A DNA stretch of 63,001 nucleotides, the filler included, from Octopus bimaculoides (Eukaryota): the NCBI RefSeq assembly GCF_001194135.2. It is 4 parts of 4 records of this genome, joined end to end, with 100 filler letters (N's around TTAATTAATTAA, not from the genome) between each part and the next. Parts side by side here need not be neighbours in the genome. Positions count along the whole stretch, not along the records: positions 1 to 16,181 come from NC_068988.1; 3 more parts are not named here. One strand, 5' to 3'. Each line of letters begins with the position of its first letter. Position 1 is the first letter of the stretch. Both the position numbers and the translations under genes were made by a program. Below are positions 1 to 13,154 of this stretch, in pieces. Under the pieces are notes generated by a model. It saw nothing but the letters and a program-made list of their open reading frames with translations, did no database searches and was not told the origin of the DNA.

Positions 1-1007
1 CATAGTATCGTAATTATTAGGTTTCCCTTCGTTATTTCTAGGCTTTATATTTGTTTTGCCTTCCTTTTCATTCATATGTTTGTCTGTGATGTTCTGGTTT
101 GGTGCTTTTTGTACACTATTATACATCTCTACGGTCTGGGTTTGTTGTTTTTTGTTTACTTCGTTTTTGCCGGAAATGTTACGTTTGTCCTCGTGTTTTG
201 CTATCTCAGTGTTTTTATTATTATTTGGCATTGCTGTGTGACTACTATCTAGATTTTCCTGATGTATTTTTCCTTTCATTTGTTCTATTTCTATTTCTGA
301 TATTTTGTTTGCTTTTAGAATATATCTTCTTATGTTAGCTACTTTGTTGGGGTTCATTGTTTTATCGAGGTCTATATTTACGTTATTTTTCTTCCATAAT
401 TTATATGTATGTGTTGTTGTGTTTTCCTTTTTGGGGTAGAGCACTGCTGTGAAATAGGCGTATAGTATCGAAATGTATTCCTCACGTGTCCATTTATGCC
501 GTTTTGGTTTTGTTTGCGGGACATGAGGAACAACGTCCGGTCCTTTATTTTGACGGTCATCGTTTTCGTAGGGTACCGGTTCGTTTATTTCTGTTGTCAG
601 ATTGTTTTGCACGTTCAGATCTTCGTATTTTTTTCGCAACAAGCTTACAGTACGCAGTTCTCGGTTGTTATTCTTGGGTGTAATAATACCGGTGTTATTT
701 AATCTGTTTGTAATTTTTTTGTACATGGTGTTTTGGGGTTCGAAGATGGTTTGATTTTGATGTAACACGTGTGTTTACGCTCGCTGTGCGGGTAGTGGAG
801 TTATCAAGTTAAAATACATCATTATATTTGGAAAGATAGAAATAAATTTCAATGAGTATTACTTACTCGGATATAATCCAACCCTTTGTCAGCTATTTTT
901 TGGCTCAATGCGATGTCTTTATTTCCGATGTTTTTGGATAAGTTTCGGAGCAGTGATTTAGCGTTCTCACATGTTAAACTTCCCCGGTGTTATTCTGTTA
1001 AACTTCC
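1..1007 (-). mobile_element. 5' part of a Dong/R4-clade non-LTR retrotransposon (5'UTR ~727-1007, ORF 726-><1)
   Basis: Manual translation from the ATG at 726 is stop-free to the window edge (242 codons; missed by the ORF track because no stop is reached): MYKKITNRLNN...KPKRHKWTREEYISILYAYFTAVLYPKKENTTTHTYKLW...MNPNKVANIRRYILKANKISEIEIEQMK. KWTREE...Y..Y and the following helices resemble the Myb-like N-terminus of R4/Dong elements. The 5' end abuts a (TAA)n tract. Confidence 0.8.
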
Positions 1008-1272
<265 letters not shown>

Positions 1273-2284
1273 TTTAATATTTATAATCCTCTCTTCCACC
1301 TAATTCTTTCCACTATTTTCTCTTTTTCTTCTGCTACAAGTTATACCAGCATATTGCCTCCTGCCGTAATTTCTTCGCTTCATTCTTCTTCGCTTTATTC
1401 ATCTATTTCTCCTTCCTCCATATTCTTTTTCGTTTCCTAACACAATATTTCCCAAAGCACACAATTTATGTACTCAATTACGGAGAAATAAGCATTTATC
1501 ATTACTACCTACATACGACATGATTTTGAGCTTAACTTAATCCAACTTTGCAACGTTATGAACATATTTTTCACAAATCTCTTCTAACACGATACGGTGC
1601 TGCACATTTGCTCTTGATTGAAAAGATTGATAACATAATTGATTTTCTTATATTATGCCGAATTACAGTTCAGTAGAATCAACGTAAAATGCTTTAGCTC
1701 CGACTGTCTTGGTTATTGCTAATAACCGTTCAATGAGAGACTGTTCCACACCATTTTTCTCTTCTTCTATTGTTCCTGCTATTGTCCATGTTCTACAGTT
1801 TCACAAGAGAGATGTTTCAATTCAATCTTCAAAAAAAAAAAAATAGTGTTTTAATTATATCACTGACAGAATATCTGCAATTAAAATAATGCTTCGTTGT
1901 TTCCCGCTCCTGCTAATTGATGTCTTTTGTGAAAACTCTGCCAATTAAAACAGGTTTAATCACAAGTATATTACAATACGAAAAGGAGCCATGTTGCTCC
2001 TCATGCAGTCGGTGTTTTTGTCTAAAAGCTTTTCATTCATATGTCAAGTCACAATTATTTAGGCACCATTTAGGATAATACTATGTAATTAGCGGTATAT
2101 AGGGTTGTCAGGTTCTGGTATCCCAGAAACCAAATTCTTTTTTTAAATGTTTCAGTTGTATTTCCCAAACGCCTCAGATGTGTTTAAACTACTAACATGT
2201 TATCATTAACCATTTAAATTTCATATACAAAGGCAATTCAAGGAATATTGCAACAGTAAATATTTTAGTTGCCGTCTTTTGGCA

Positions 2285-2545
2285 GGGTAAAGGGTAAAAA
2301 CTCCCTTCGGTTACGAATGACGATGGGATTGCACTAAAAAAGTTTCCCTCCGAAGCACAAGTCCCTGGCAAAGTTATTTATGGAAGACCAGCAGTCGCCC
2401 ATGCATACCAGCCTCCCCACTGAGCGCCATCGATGTTATCCAGGGGATAGTCAATATAAATCCATTTGAGCCAGTGACGTCGCAACTCATATCTACAGCT
2501 GAGAACACAGCAAAAAGCCCGATCGGGGAATCAAACACACTGTTT
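2285..2545 (-). mobile_element. SINE copy (family with 'ggaagaccagcagtcgcccatgcataccagcctcccc' body)
   Basis: The same body motif recurs at 17035-17180; the catatctacagctgag segment is related to the CORE-like SINE at 57750-58045. Confidence 0.6.
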
Positions 2546-4509
2546 CAATGTTGTAAGTCTGACGCTCTCACCAGTTATCCATGCGAATTATTTTTACAGA
2601 TATATACGCATTATGTGTATCATAACATTGCAAAGTATAAATATATTATTAAAGTTATCCTTTAGATTACCAAGCGATTCGCTATAAAACACGTCATATG
2701 TCGTTTCAGTTCATCACTGTTTTCAGAGCGTTGGCCATTACTATTAAATACCATTCATTAAGTATGATTCCACAAAAACTTTAAATATTTTATGCTATGA
2801 CCTGCCACATCAGGACATGTCATAAAAATTACAAGTTTGCATTTTTTAGGGAAACTATAAAAGTGACGGCTTACTGTTAATAATAGTATGTGTTATTTCC
2901 GATTTCTGATTACCGACTGAGAAATTAGATTTTATTTTTGTTTCTAGTATTGCAGGTGGATGTGAAGTTTAGATAGCCGTCTTCGCTTATCTGGTAGAGT
3001 GTCGTTTGATTTATTTTGGTATACTCCTACTGTAGCAACCATTTTCGTAGTTATTATGGAATTCAGTATTACTAAAAGAAAACTACTGCAGAGAAACGCC
3101 CGTAACATATATGGTAGAATTTCATCTAGTTTTGTGGAAACTTTCTCATTTAACGCTCAGTTTAAGCCATTTAATAACTATTTGATATGTATTTGTATTT
3201 CATTTAGCTTTAGTCTTTGCGAATTAATAACTTTTTAACGTAAAGTTTTAGTCGATTCTCTACCTGTGGTTGTGGCTACCATTTTGCAGTTCACAAGTGA
3301 TTTTAGATTCAGGTTCGAGCATTCATTCACTTGCAAATTATTTTTCAATATTTTCGAACGTTATTAATAAAATATGTGTACTCTTACCTCTAATCTTATA
3401 CGTTCAGCTGTGGCTAATATCGTTCCCTTCTTCTTCCAGATATTATGCTCCCTAAATTATGTCTGTTTTCCTAATACATGAACTCAGAATTATCTTGAAA
3501 ATCATTCAAAGAGCATGTTGCATGCAGCATGCGTATAAAATTCAGTGAAAGCTAACAATCAATATAGAAACTGAGACTTTGAAATAATTCACTAACGAAG
3601 CAATGAAATTTTAAACTCTTGAGCAAGTCAACGAGGATTCAGTTCAGTTATTTCCTTATTGGATCGTCAAAATAGTTTTAAAGGAAAAGAGCAAGTAATC
3701 TATACATGATCAGAGCGGATGCACTTCCGTTGTACATACTTCAGATAAATCAAAAATCCCCAGTTCTGAAGTTTTTATTGTAAAACAAAAGAATGTTTAG
3801 TCAAATGTCTTCATGCATATTTCCCGATTGTTTTCAAAAACATATATGCAAATGTTAGCGCAATCTGTAATTTCATCTATAATGCTTTTTACGATAGTTG
3901 GGAGAAAGCATAGAATGTTTACAACCTTAGGAATCAGCTGCAAATTTTTCATTGCAACGGGGTGGGGAAACTTATGTAGTTTTAGTGGTATTCACTACAA
4001 CACGGAAATCCATTCATCCAAGACCACCTGTGTGGACTAATGAGAAATAAGTTAACTAATCATTCCTAAATCAACAGGGTCTCATTTCAATCGTAATAAT
4101 GATATATTTTTATGCATGCTATATCGATTTTCTATTCAATTAATTCACTGGGTGTTCATGATGACCCACAGCTAATATTTTAGTATCTAGGTATAACATT
4201 TGTAGATACATACGTTTAGGGTCGATATTTTGCCGCTAGTTGACAGATCATTCATCTCTAGATTTTATATATTTTTATGAAGTTGGACAGTAGAGATATA
4301 GTTGTTGTTCAATATTGTATCTTATGTGCTTATTTTCTCGTTTATGTAAATCTCCGAAGGTTTACAATGATACGGGTATTTTGTGTTTTGTACTGATAAT
4401 CTGCCAAATAATCTGCACATTTGTTACGCGCAGCCCACAATACTTTCTATCTGAATGTGCTTAAACAGCACAGACAGACACACATATACATACACACATA
4501 CATAAATAC

Positions 4510-4567
<58 letters not shown>

Positions 4568-4610
4568 CTATAATTACTTACATTTAAAAAAACGGCTTAT
4601 TATTGAACAC

Positions 4611-4716
4611 TGTTATATATAACGTCCTCCCTGATGAGAATGTTACTTTATTCCACACTATTACTCCTCTCCGATCAATTTTAATGAATCCGTCGAAACG
4701 TACGTTGGCGATATAA
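4611..4716 (+). ncRNA. Degenerate type-I hammerhead ribozyme relic (Penelope-like pLTR type)
   Basis: CTGATGAG at 4631 and CGAAAC-GTAC-GTT at 4694-4706 (palindromic stem III loop); stem II is broken and stem I pairs only with a bulge. Confidence 0.45.
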
Positions 4717-6322
4717 ATGATTGAAATAAAATCTTGTGCGTTTGTCTCCGTTTCTATTTTTCTTGTGTTTTCACGTTAAGTGTTTTTATGTTAAGTCAAA
4801 TACCAGCATTGAAAGTGTGTTATTGTTTCGGAAACTTTAGGGTAGAAGAAAAAACTTTACCGTCCATTTCGTATTCAGTACGTGGTGAGGCACTTAGCTG
4901 ACCCCTTATTATAATTGTGCATATAATTACAGAATATTTTGTATAAATATATACATACATAAATAGATAGATAGCTACTATATGTATACATACTGACACA
5001 GGAAACACTGAATTGATAAAAAAAACTAATTATATATCAAAGTAGGGAAAACTAAAACTCCATATGTAAACTTGTATCTCATAGATGCACATGCAGAATA
5101 CAGCGACTTGCGTCAATTCTATCTTTAGCATAAAGCTAATCACACAGAAAAATGCCAATTATTTCACTCATTCACAGTGATTTGTAGAAGCAATGAAGGT
5201 CAAGCCTTATCGAGCACAACTTTTATATATTAGCAACATTGTGTTAATATCTGCAAATTTATTTATCTATTCATTCATTTTTTTCAATTTTGAAAGAGTA
5301 AATAATATTTTGCAGATTTTGTTGCATTTATAGAACGGTGAGCGGTTGAATAGTGTCAAATTTGTTGTTTCGTCATAACTTTTGTAGTGACTTATTTTTC
5401 TGAGATCAAAATTTATCTACGGCACAATGTTCAAAATCTTTACAATCAAAGCTATCCCACTCTTCCCTTATCAAGTACTACGTAAACTTAACCGTTTCAA
5501 GATAATCGTCTGATAATCGGCGGCACCTCTTAGAAATATTCGCAGCTGCTTAAAGAATAACTCAATGTATCATTCGAAATTTGAATTATTATTTCTTCAG
5601 GTACTACGTCAATATATACGAACTGTCATAAAGAACACAACTGTCTCAACATCTTACTGTCATTATAGATTCTGCTGTTGCCGATATTTCAACTGTATTT
5701 GAAATTACATAAAGCGAGCCAAATTTCAAAAGTAGTTTAGCTATAACGGCTTTATAGTATACTTTAATAAACATTTAAACTACCCAGTGTTCAAATTCTG
5801 AGTATATTATATCTACCATACATACATTTGTATTAAGGAAGAATTTCAGAGACATACAATTTCTGAAAATTATATGTATGTATGCACGGATGAATATAGA
5901 AATACCATAATGCATTGTAAAATTTGTTTTATCGTGTTCCTAGAGTGTCAATACTTTCGTCCTTATTCAGATAATTTATATCAACGTTTAATTTCAAACA
6001 TCTGAACAATCCCGTTAGTATTTGAAGAATAAAATACAGTGAGGATTTCACTATTACATTTTACCAGATATCTCATGTTTATATTAGTATCTCATTTCAA
6101 AGAATACCCTTGATAAATTGCAACATTTTCCTTTGCAAATTGACTTGTTTAGCAGAGAAGAAAGCTTGGCACTTTAAGCATCATAGTTAATAGCTATTCC
6201 ACAGCAAATTGCTGTGAAAATTACCGCGGACACATCTTATCGTGTGAGAGTTAAGGCGAATGTTAAATTCACTTGCTAGTTTCTTGGTGTTTGGCAGAGA
6301 GCAAGGGTACAGTTATGCATGA

Positions 6323-6373
<51 letters not shown>

Positions 6374-7163
6374 TATCACAGCGTATATTTGTGTGTGCGC
6401 GCGCATATGTATACAACTTCCTTAAGCTTAAATATGTATATCGACATAGACACACACATATATAGATATGCACAAACACCTATCTACCGATCTCTATCTC
6501 GCCCTCTCTCTCTAAATGTATATATAAACGCACACATATACAAAGATGTATGTGTGTATATATGTGTGTATGTATGCATGTATGTGTAACGAAGTCAGTT
6601 CTTTTTTCTCCTTTCGTGTCTCAATTCTATTATTGTTATCTATGTTTTGAGCAATAACAGAACGAGTGATTGAATACAATACGGTTGGTGATTGGCGATT
6701 TATAAGGCATTATAGATGTAAATTGTGAAATTAGAGATATTGAGATATTGTGTGGCAAGGTACTGTATTTTGAACCATTAGGAATCTGTATTTTCAGAAT
6801 CTCTAAACATAATGCCTCCGGCAGTATGTTCGTATGGTGGTGATACACATTGTAGGAGGAAGAATTGTGTAATGTGTACATAATCTGCTTTTTGTTCCTT
6901 CTCCTACTTTCTATCTATCTATATATATATATATATATAACAAATATAGATATGTTGGAGTTAGGAAATCAATATTCGAAGCATTCAAAAGGATATTTAT
7001 TTTTTATATTACATACTTTTTGCCTTAAGTTATAAAAATGTAGAAAAAAATTATATTATATATATATAAAAATCATATGTAAAAATATAATAATAAATAT
7101 AAGTTTACATATAAAAATATGTACGTGTGAGTGCATATATGTGTATGTTGGCAATCGAAAATT

Positions 7164-7253
7164 ATCTTACGATCGTTTCGCGAAAATATTGCTGGTGTAA
7201 TAATAACCGAAATGGATTATTATATATAGGTAATTTTTCCGCTCATCAGAGAT
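7164..7253 (-). ncRNA. Minimal type-I hammerhead ribozyme
   Basis: Minus strand reads AUCU-CUGAUGA-GCGGAAA...(~50 nt)...UUUUCGC-GAAAC-GAUC-GUA-AGAU. All core nucleotides are present; stem I AUCU/AGAU; 7-bp stem II; stem III with palindromic GAUC loop; GUA cleavage triplet. Confidence 0.8.
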
Positions 7254-7829
7254 GTAATTATTTTTGTGATATCTATTTGTATGTATAGTTTAAAAAAAAT
7301 AATAATAACANNNNNNNNNNNNNNNNNNNNNNNNNNNNNNNNNNNNNNNNNNNNNNNNNNNNNNNNNNNNNNNNNNNNNNNNNNNNNNNNNNNNNNNNNN
7401 NNNNNNNNNNNNNNNNNNNNNNNNNNNNNNNNNNNNNNNNNNNNNNNNNNNNNNNNNNNNNNNNNNNNNNNNNNNNNNNNNNNNNNNNNNNNNNNNNNNN
7501 NNNNNNNNNNNNNNNNNNNNNNNNNNNNNNNNNNNNNNNNNNNNNNNNNNNNNNNNNNNNNNNNNNNNNNNNNNNNNNNNNNNNNNNNNNNNNNNNNNNN
7601 NNNNNNNNNNNNNNNNNNNNNNNNNNNNNNNNNNNNNNNNNNNNNNNNNNNNNNNNNNNNNNNNNNNNNNNNNNNNNNNNNNNNNNNNNNNNNNNNNNNN
7701 NNNNNNNNNNNNNNNNNNNNNNNNNNNNNNNNNNNNNNNNNNNNNNNNNNNNNNNNNNNNNNNNNACATACACATATATATATAATGAATGAGGGAAACT
7801 GGAAATTGTGTATGCAAGTATATATTTTC

Positions 7830-7935
7830 AACACAACGATCGTTTCGACACATCCACCATTTTCAATTTCGAGTGGGATACAGCACAGTCACTTTCGTTG
7901 CATACTTCATTGTAGGTTGCATCCCGTCAGGTGTC
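7830..7935 (-). ncRNA. Degenerate second hammerhead motif
   Basis: Minus strand: GACAC-CUGACGG...C-GAAAC-GAUC-GUU-GUGUU. 5-bp stem I and the same GAUC loop, but A9>G and a weak stem II. Confidence 0.45.
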
Positions 7936-8964
7936 TCGTTTCAAATAAGATACTTCGTTACATTTACTGAGTTTCGCTAGTTATGTTGCGGCCGCTCATA
8001 GGATTTTACCTATGCAGTATACCCATTGGATACTAGAGAAGGCTGTTACAACTGTTAAATCGCTTTCAAAGAACACGCAACTACCTCAGATCGAGGTGAG
8101 AATAGTGGATCAGATCAATGAGACAATGAAACGAGACCATTTTGTTTTTCGAATAGTTAAAACTGATGATAACATCTCTCTCTTATCAAGAGGCCCTACT
8201 AATCAAAAGAGCAAAAGGCTGAGGAAGCATTGAACAATTCATTTGTACATACCCACCTTTAAGAACGATTGTTATCGATACAATACCTCTTATTTAGACG
8301 ATGCCTGGGATAAAATGCATCCCAGTGATTTAACTACAATTACATCCACCGCAATGTTTGTGCAAAAGGTTACAAACGCATCATCAGTTAAAATTTTCCA
8401 CATCAATGAAAGGAAAAAGGCTGTTCTGCAGGGAAGGTTTTTACTAAGCAGTACAACACATCTGTGTCGCATTGAGGCCCATTCTGAGCGCCCGGGAAAT
8501 AGGTGAGAGGGATTATAAAATCTCAAAAAGCAACCAGAACACAGGCAAATACAAACAAACAGGCATACACACACTCACAGACAGACACACAAACTCACAC
8601 ACACACACACGCTGGAAAGGAAAGTGAGACGGAAGGGGGCGGAAAACAATTCTTTGCAGGTATAAATTACTTATCGTCTACGAATATTTAAGACTCACAT
8701 TTCATCTCCATGGCTTCGAAATCAAGCTGAACAGATTCATTTTTTTTTACACACAAAGGCAAACGGACGCCCAATTATTTCACCTCCAATTTAGGTATAT
8801 ACATATATTTAGTTATATATACGTATATAAATATATGCTTCTTTTCTGTTGAAGAGCTAGGCTCGAAAGGTAAAAGACTGTGTTACTTTCCCGAGCATCA
8901 AACTAACACACCTGCTTATTGTTTAAAGACCTGTCTTCGTCTTTTGTTTTACAGTAAATTCCAG

Positions 8965-8999
<35 letters not shown>

Positions 9000-9574
9000 N
9001 NNNNNNNNNNNNNNNNNNNNNNNNNNNNNNNNNNNNNNNNNNNNNNNNNNNNNNNNNNNNNNNNNNNNNNNNNNNNNNNNNNNNNNNNNNNNNNNNNNNN
9101 NNNNNNNNNNNNNNNNNNNNNNNNNNNNNNNNNNNNNNNNNNNNNNNNNNNNNNNNNNNNNNNNNNNNNNNNNNNNNNNNNNNNNNNNNNNNNNNNNNNN
9201 NNNNNNNNNNNNNNNNNNNNNNNNNNNNNNNNNNNNNNNNNNNNNNNNNNNNNNNNNNNNNNNNNNNNNNNNNNNNNNNNNNNNNNNNNNNNNNNNNNNN
9301 NNNNNNNNNNNNNNNNNNNNNNNNNNNNNNNNNNNNNNNNNNNNNNNNNNNNNNNNNNNNNNNNNNNNNNNNNNNNNNNNNNNNNNNNNNNNNNNNNNNN
9401 NNNNNNNNNNNNNNNNNNNNNNNNNNNNNNNNNNNNNNNNNNNNNNNNNNNNNNNNNNNNNNNNNNNNNNNNNNNNNNNNNNNNNNNNNNNNNNNNNNNN
9501 NNNNNNNNNNNNNNNNNNNNNNNNNNNNNNNNNNNNNNNNNNNNNNNNNNTGGATGGATGGATGGATGGATGTA

Positions 9575-10364
9575 TCAGGTTGACTTAAAAGTAAGCAACA
9601 TTTAGAACCATGGAGAATTTGTACCGGATCTTTTCAGAGTTTTGAATATCTTCTACACTTTTTTTTGCAACTGTCTGATAACACAAACATAGTCTTGTCC
9701 AAATGCATCAATAAATTAACATTGATTTTTTTTTTCACCATTGTTACAATCATCTGTAATGGAACTATCAAAGTTCGATAGTCGAGCAATTGTGCTACTC
9801 AACTTCAAAATAAGGAGGTAAAGCAGCTGAAACTGCTTACGATATCAACGAAACCTCAGGTCAGAAGTTGAGCAGTGAGTAGTCAACTCGTAAATGGTTT
9901 AAACGATTTCGCAGTGGAAAACTGAACGTTGAAGGTAGTGAACGGAATGGGCAGAACTTCCAGTTAGCCTTAAAATTGCCTGTAGTTATTTGTATGCGAT
10001 CCTCAAAACAGAAAATGCTCGACAAATGGGTACCGGAAGTTGTGGGATCTTGGATACGAAGTTCTTCACCACACAGCTTATTGTCCAAACCTTTCTCCTA
10101 CCAACTACCACTTTTTCAAGCACCTTCACCGTTTCATGCGAGAGAAGGAATTCAAACACTAAACCTATTTTGAAAGTGCGTTCACAGAGTTCATCAATTC
10201 CCAAACTCGAGGTCTTTATGTTACCGGCATAACCTGTAACTCGTAGGTTAAAATGTGTTGATTGAAATAGCACTTCCTTTGATGACTACAATTTCTGCAT
10301 TTTTGAAATATATCGTAAACAATTTCAAGTTTCAAAAACGTTGCTTACTTTTGAGTCATCCTGA
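9575..10364 (+). mobile_element. Mariner (Hsmar1/cecropia-like) internally deleted transposon
   Basis: ~29-bp TIRs tcaggttgacttaaaagtaagcaacattt / aaacgttgcttacttttgagtcatcctga flanked by TA. Decayed transposase from 9759: MELSKFDSRAIVLLNFKIRR/KAAETAYDINETSGQKLSSE*STRKWFKRFRSGKLNVEGSERNG...KMLDKWVPE (WVPHEL-like). Confidence 0.88.
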
Positions 10365-10767
10365 TATATATATATATANNNNNNNNNNNNNNNNNNNNNN
10401 NNNNNNNNNNNNNNNNNNNNNNNNNNNNNNNNNNNNNNNNNNNNNNNNNNNNNNNNNNNNNNNNNNNNNNNNNNNNNNNNNNNNNNNNNNNNNNNNNNNN
10501 NNNNNNNNNNNNNNNNNNNNNNNNNNNNNNNNNNNNNNNNNNNNNNNNNNNNNNNNNNNNNNNNNNNNNNNNNNNNNNNNNNNNNNNNNNNNNNNNNNNN
10601 NNNNNNNNNNNNNNNNNNNNNNNNNNNNNNNNNNNNNNNNNNNNNNNNNNNNNNNNNNNNNNNNNNNNNNNNNNNNNNNNNNNNNNNNNNNNNNNNNNNN
10701 NNNNNNNNNNNNNNNNNNNNNNNNNNNNNNNNNNNNNNNNNNNNNNNNNNNNNNNNNNNNNNNNNNN

Positions 10768-10866
<99 letters not shown>

Positions 10867-11011
10867 CATACATACATATATATATATTTTTATATATAAC
10901 GTTGACCATATATGTATGTATGTATATACGTATATATATACGTATGCTTGTATCTATGTATGTATGAATTATTGTATGTGTGTCTATTTTATGTGTACGT
11001 TTACGCATGTG

Positions 11012-11058
<47 letters not shown>

Positions 11059-11640
11059 TAGAGAGAGAGATAGGGAGAGAGAGATAGAGAGAGAGAGATA
11101 GAGAGACCGAGCGAGATTGGTGTGTGTGGGTTTGTGTGTGTCTGTTTGTGTCATATTGAATAAAGTAGTATTTTACATGCTGTTTTCGATACCGTACCGG
11201 AGAAAATGTATCACGAACACTAAAATAAGCATGTAAACACATTTAAATATAGTTGGAATACAAATTTATCCTTCAGTGAAAATATGTCTTGAAACGCAAA
11301 AGAAAATCGTCTACCGATATTCCAAAAATAAATAAACAAATGAATGAAACAGAAAATATTTGAATTGATTGAATCGCCGTTTTCTGATGTTGCAAATAAA
11401 ATGGAAATAAAGAATTTTGTATCAGATTACGCAAAAGCGCATGATAATTTATACATGCAATGTATAGATTATCAATTCACGATAGACTATACTCTCAGCG
11501 CTGTATGCGTGAGTAATATGTTAATAATGATTATATAGTGAAAAACGGGAGAAAAGTAAGCAAATGTAATATAATACAACAAACGCTCCTCGAGTGTGGC
11601 TTACACACACGCACACAGGCACGCACATATACACACGCAA

Positions 11641-11685
<45 letters not shown>

Positions 11686-12853
11686 GACACAAATATATAT
11701 ATTATGTGTACGTGTGTGTGTGTTTGTAGACAGGATATTTTCTATTATATATACTCAAAACTGTACTACTGAAAAAGTAAATTATTGAACTCGGAAGGTT
11801 AAAAAATAAAATTTGATATAAGCGGGATTTGAACTCAAATACTATTACATATTAGGGTGTAAATTAACATTCTTTAAAGTGAACAAATAACTAATACTCA
11901 CACAGTACTACGAAGTCTTTTCTATCTGTAGCGTTGTTGTGTAATTTATTTTCTTACTGCATATCGAAAGTGAAACAACATACTACCTTTTCTTAGAATA
12001 TATATATTTGGACGTTCTTTTTTGTATCCATTTATCTTTTACTGATATTTTAAAAATTACCTTCGAACTCAACCCATTTTGAATTGTTTTGATGACTTTG
12101 TGTCAGATTATATTTTCGGTTGTAATAATATATGATTGGTATTTTATACATTTATCTGTATCTAAATGTACTGGTACAGTAGAGACGATCGTCAATGTAT
12201 GGTGTAATCACCGATTAAAGATGTAATTTTCTACAATCTTATTCTTGTTATGTATATGTAAATACATATGAAGGTATGATTTAACATTCGTATATACACC
12301 TGATATTCAGCATTTTCAAGTCCATCCTGAGTATCCGTGTAGCAGATGTCAACAGCTGTATGGATATATATATATATCATGAATGAGAGATGTCATATAG
12401 CAAATTGAAGTGCCGGGTTTTTTTATGCAGAACTACTAAGATCGTTTCGATTTATCATGCACCGATAAATTACAGTATTATTTTTACTCTATTTCCCTAT
12501 ATCTCTCTGTAGAAGATCATCAGCCACCGATTTAATCTAGTGCCCTACTTTACTTTAAAGAATAAGCGAGATTGAGTGAATATAAAAGAGAATAGAGCAT
12601 GAGAAAATTTTAGGAGATTGACAGGTTGTTTGTAGTGAGATTAACAGAATAGTTGCGCAGGTAAAATGAGATCGAGACCCCTTTCCTATTCTCACAGTAA
12701 ATTCAGTGCTAATGAAATGAATGTGAATAAGTATAATGGTATTAATATGCCCTCTTTGCCTTATTAATTTCAGTGGCGTCGTAAAAGGATACGCATCAAA
12801 ATACATATTTTGAGGCACACACACACATACACACATACACACACACACGCACG

Positions 12854-12897
<44 letters not shown>

Positions 12898-12961
12898 TAC
12901 ACACGCACACACACACACACACACATACACATATATATATACGTATATATATATATATACG

Positions 12962-13018
<57 letters not shown>

Positions 13019-13099
13019 NNNNNNNNNNNNNNNNNNNNNNNNNNNNNNNNNNNNNNNNNNNNNNNNNNNNNNNNNNNNNNNNNNNNNNNNNNNNNNNNN

Positions 13100-13154
<55 letters not shown>

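Noticed and set aside
8012-8506. ORFs at 8012 and 8243; QEALLIKRAK in another frame resembling a Penelope GIY-YIG end
   Set aside because: No GIY/YIG motif is recognisable; compatible with a PLE near the hammerheads but unsupported.
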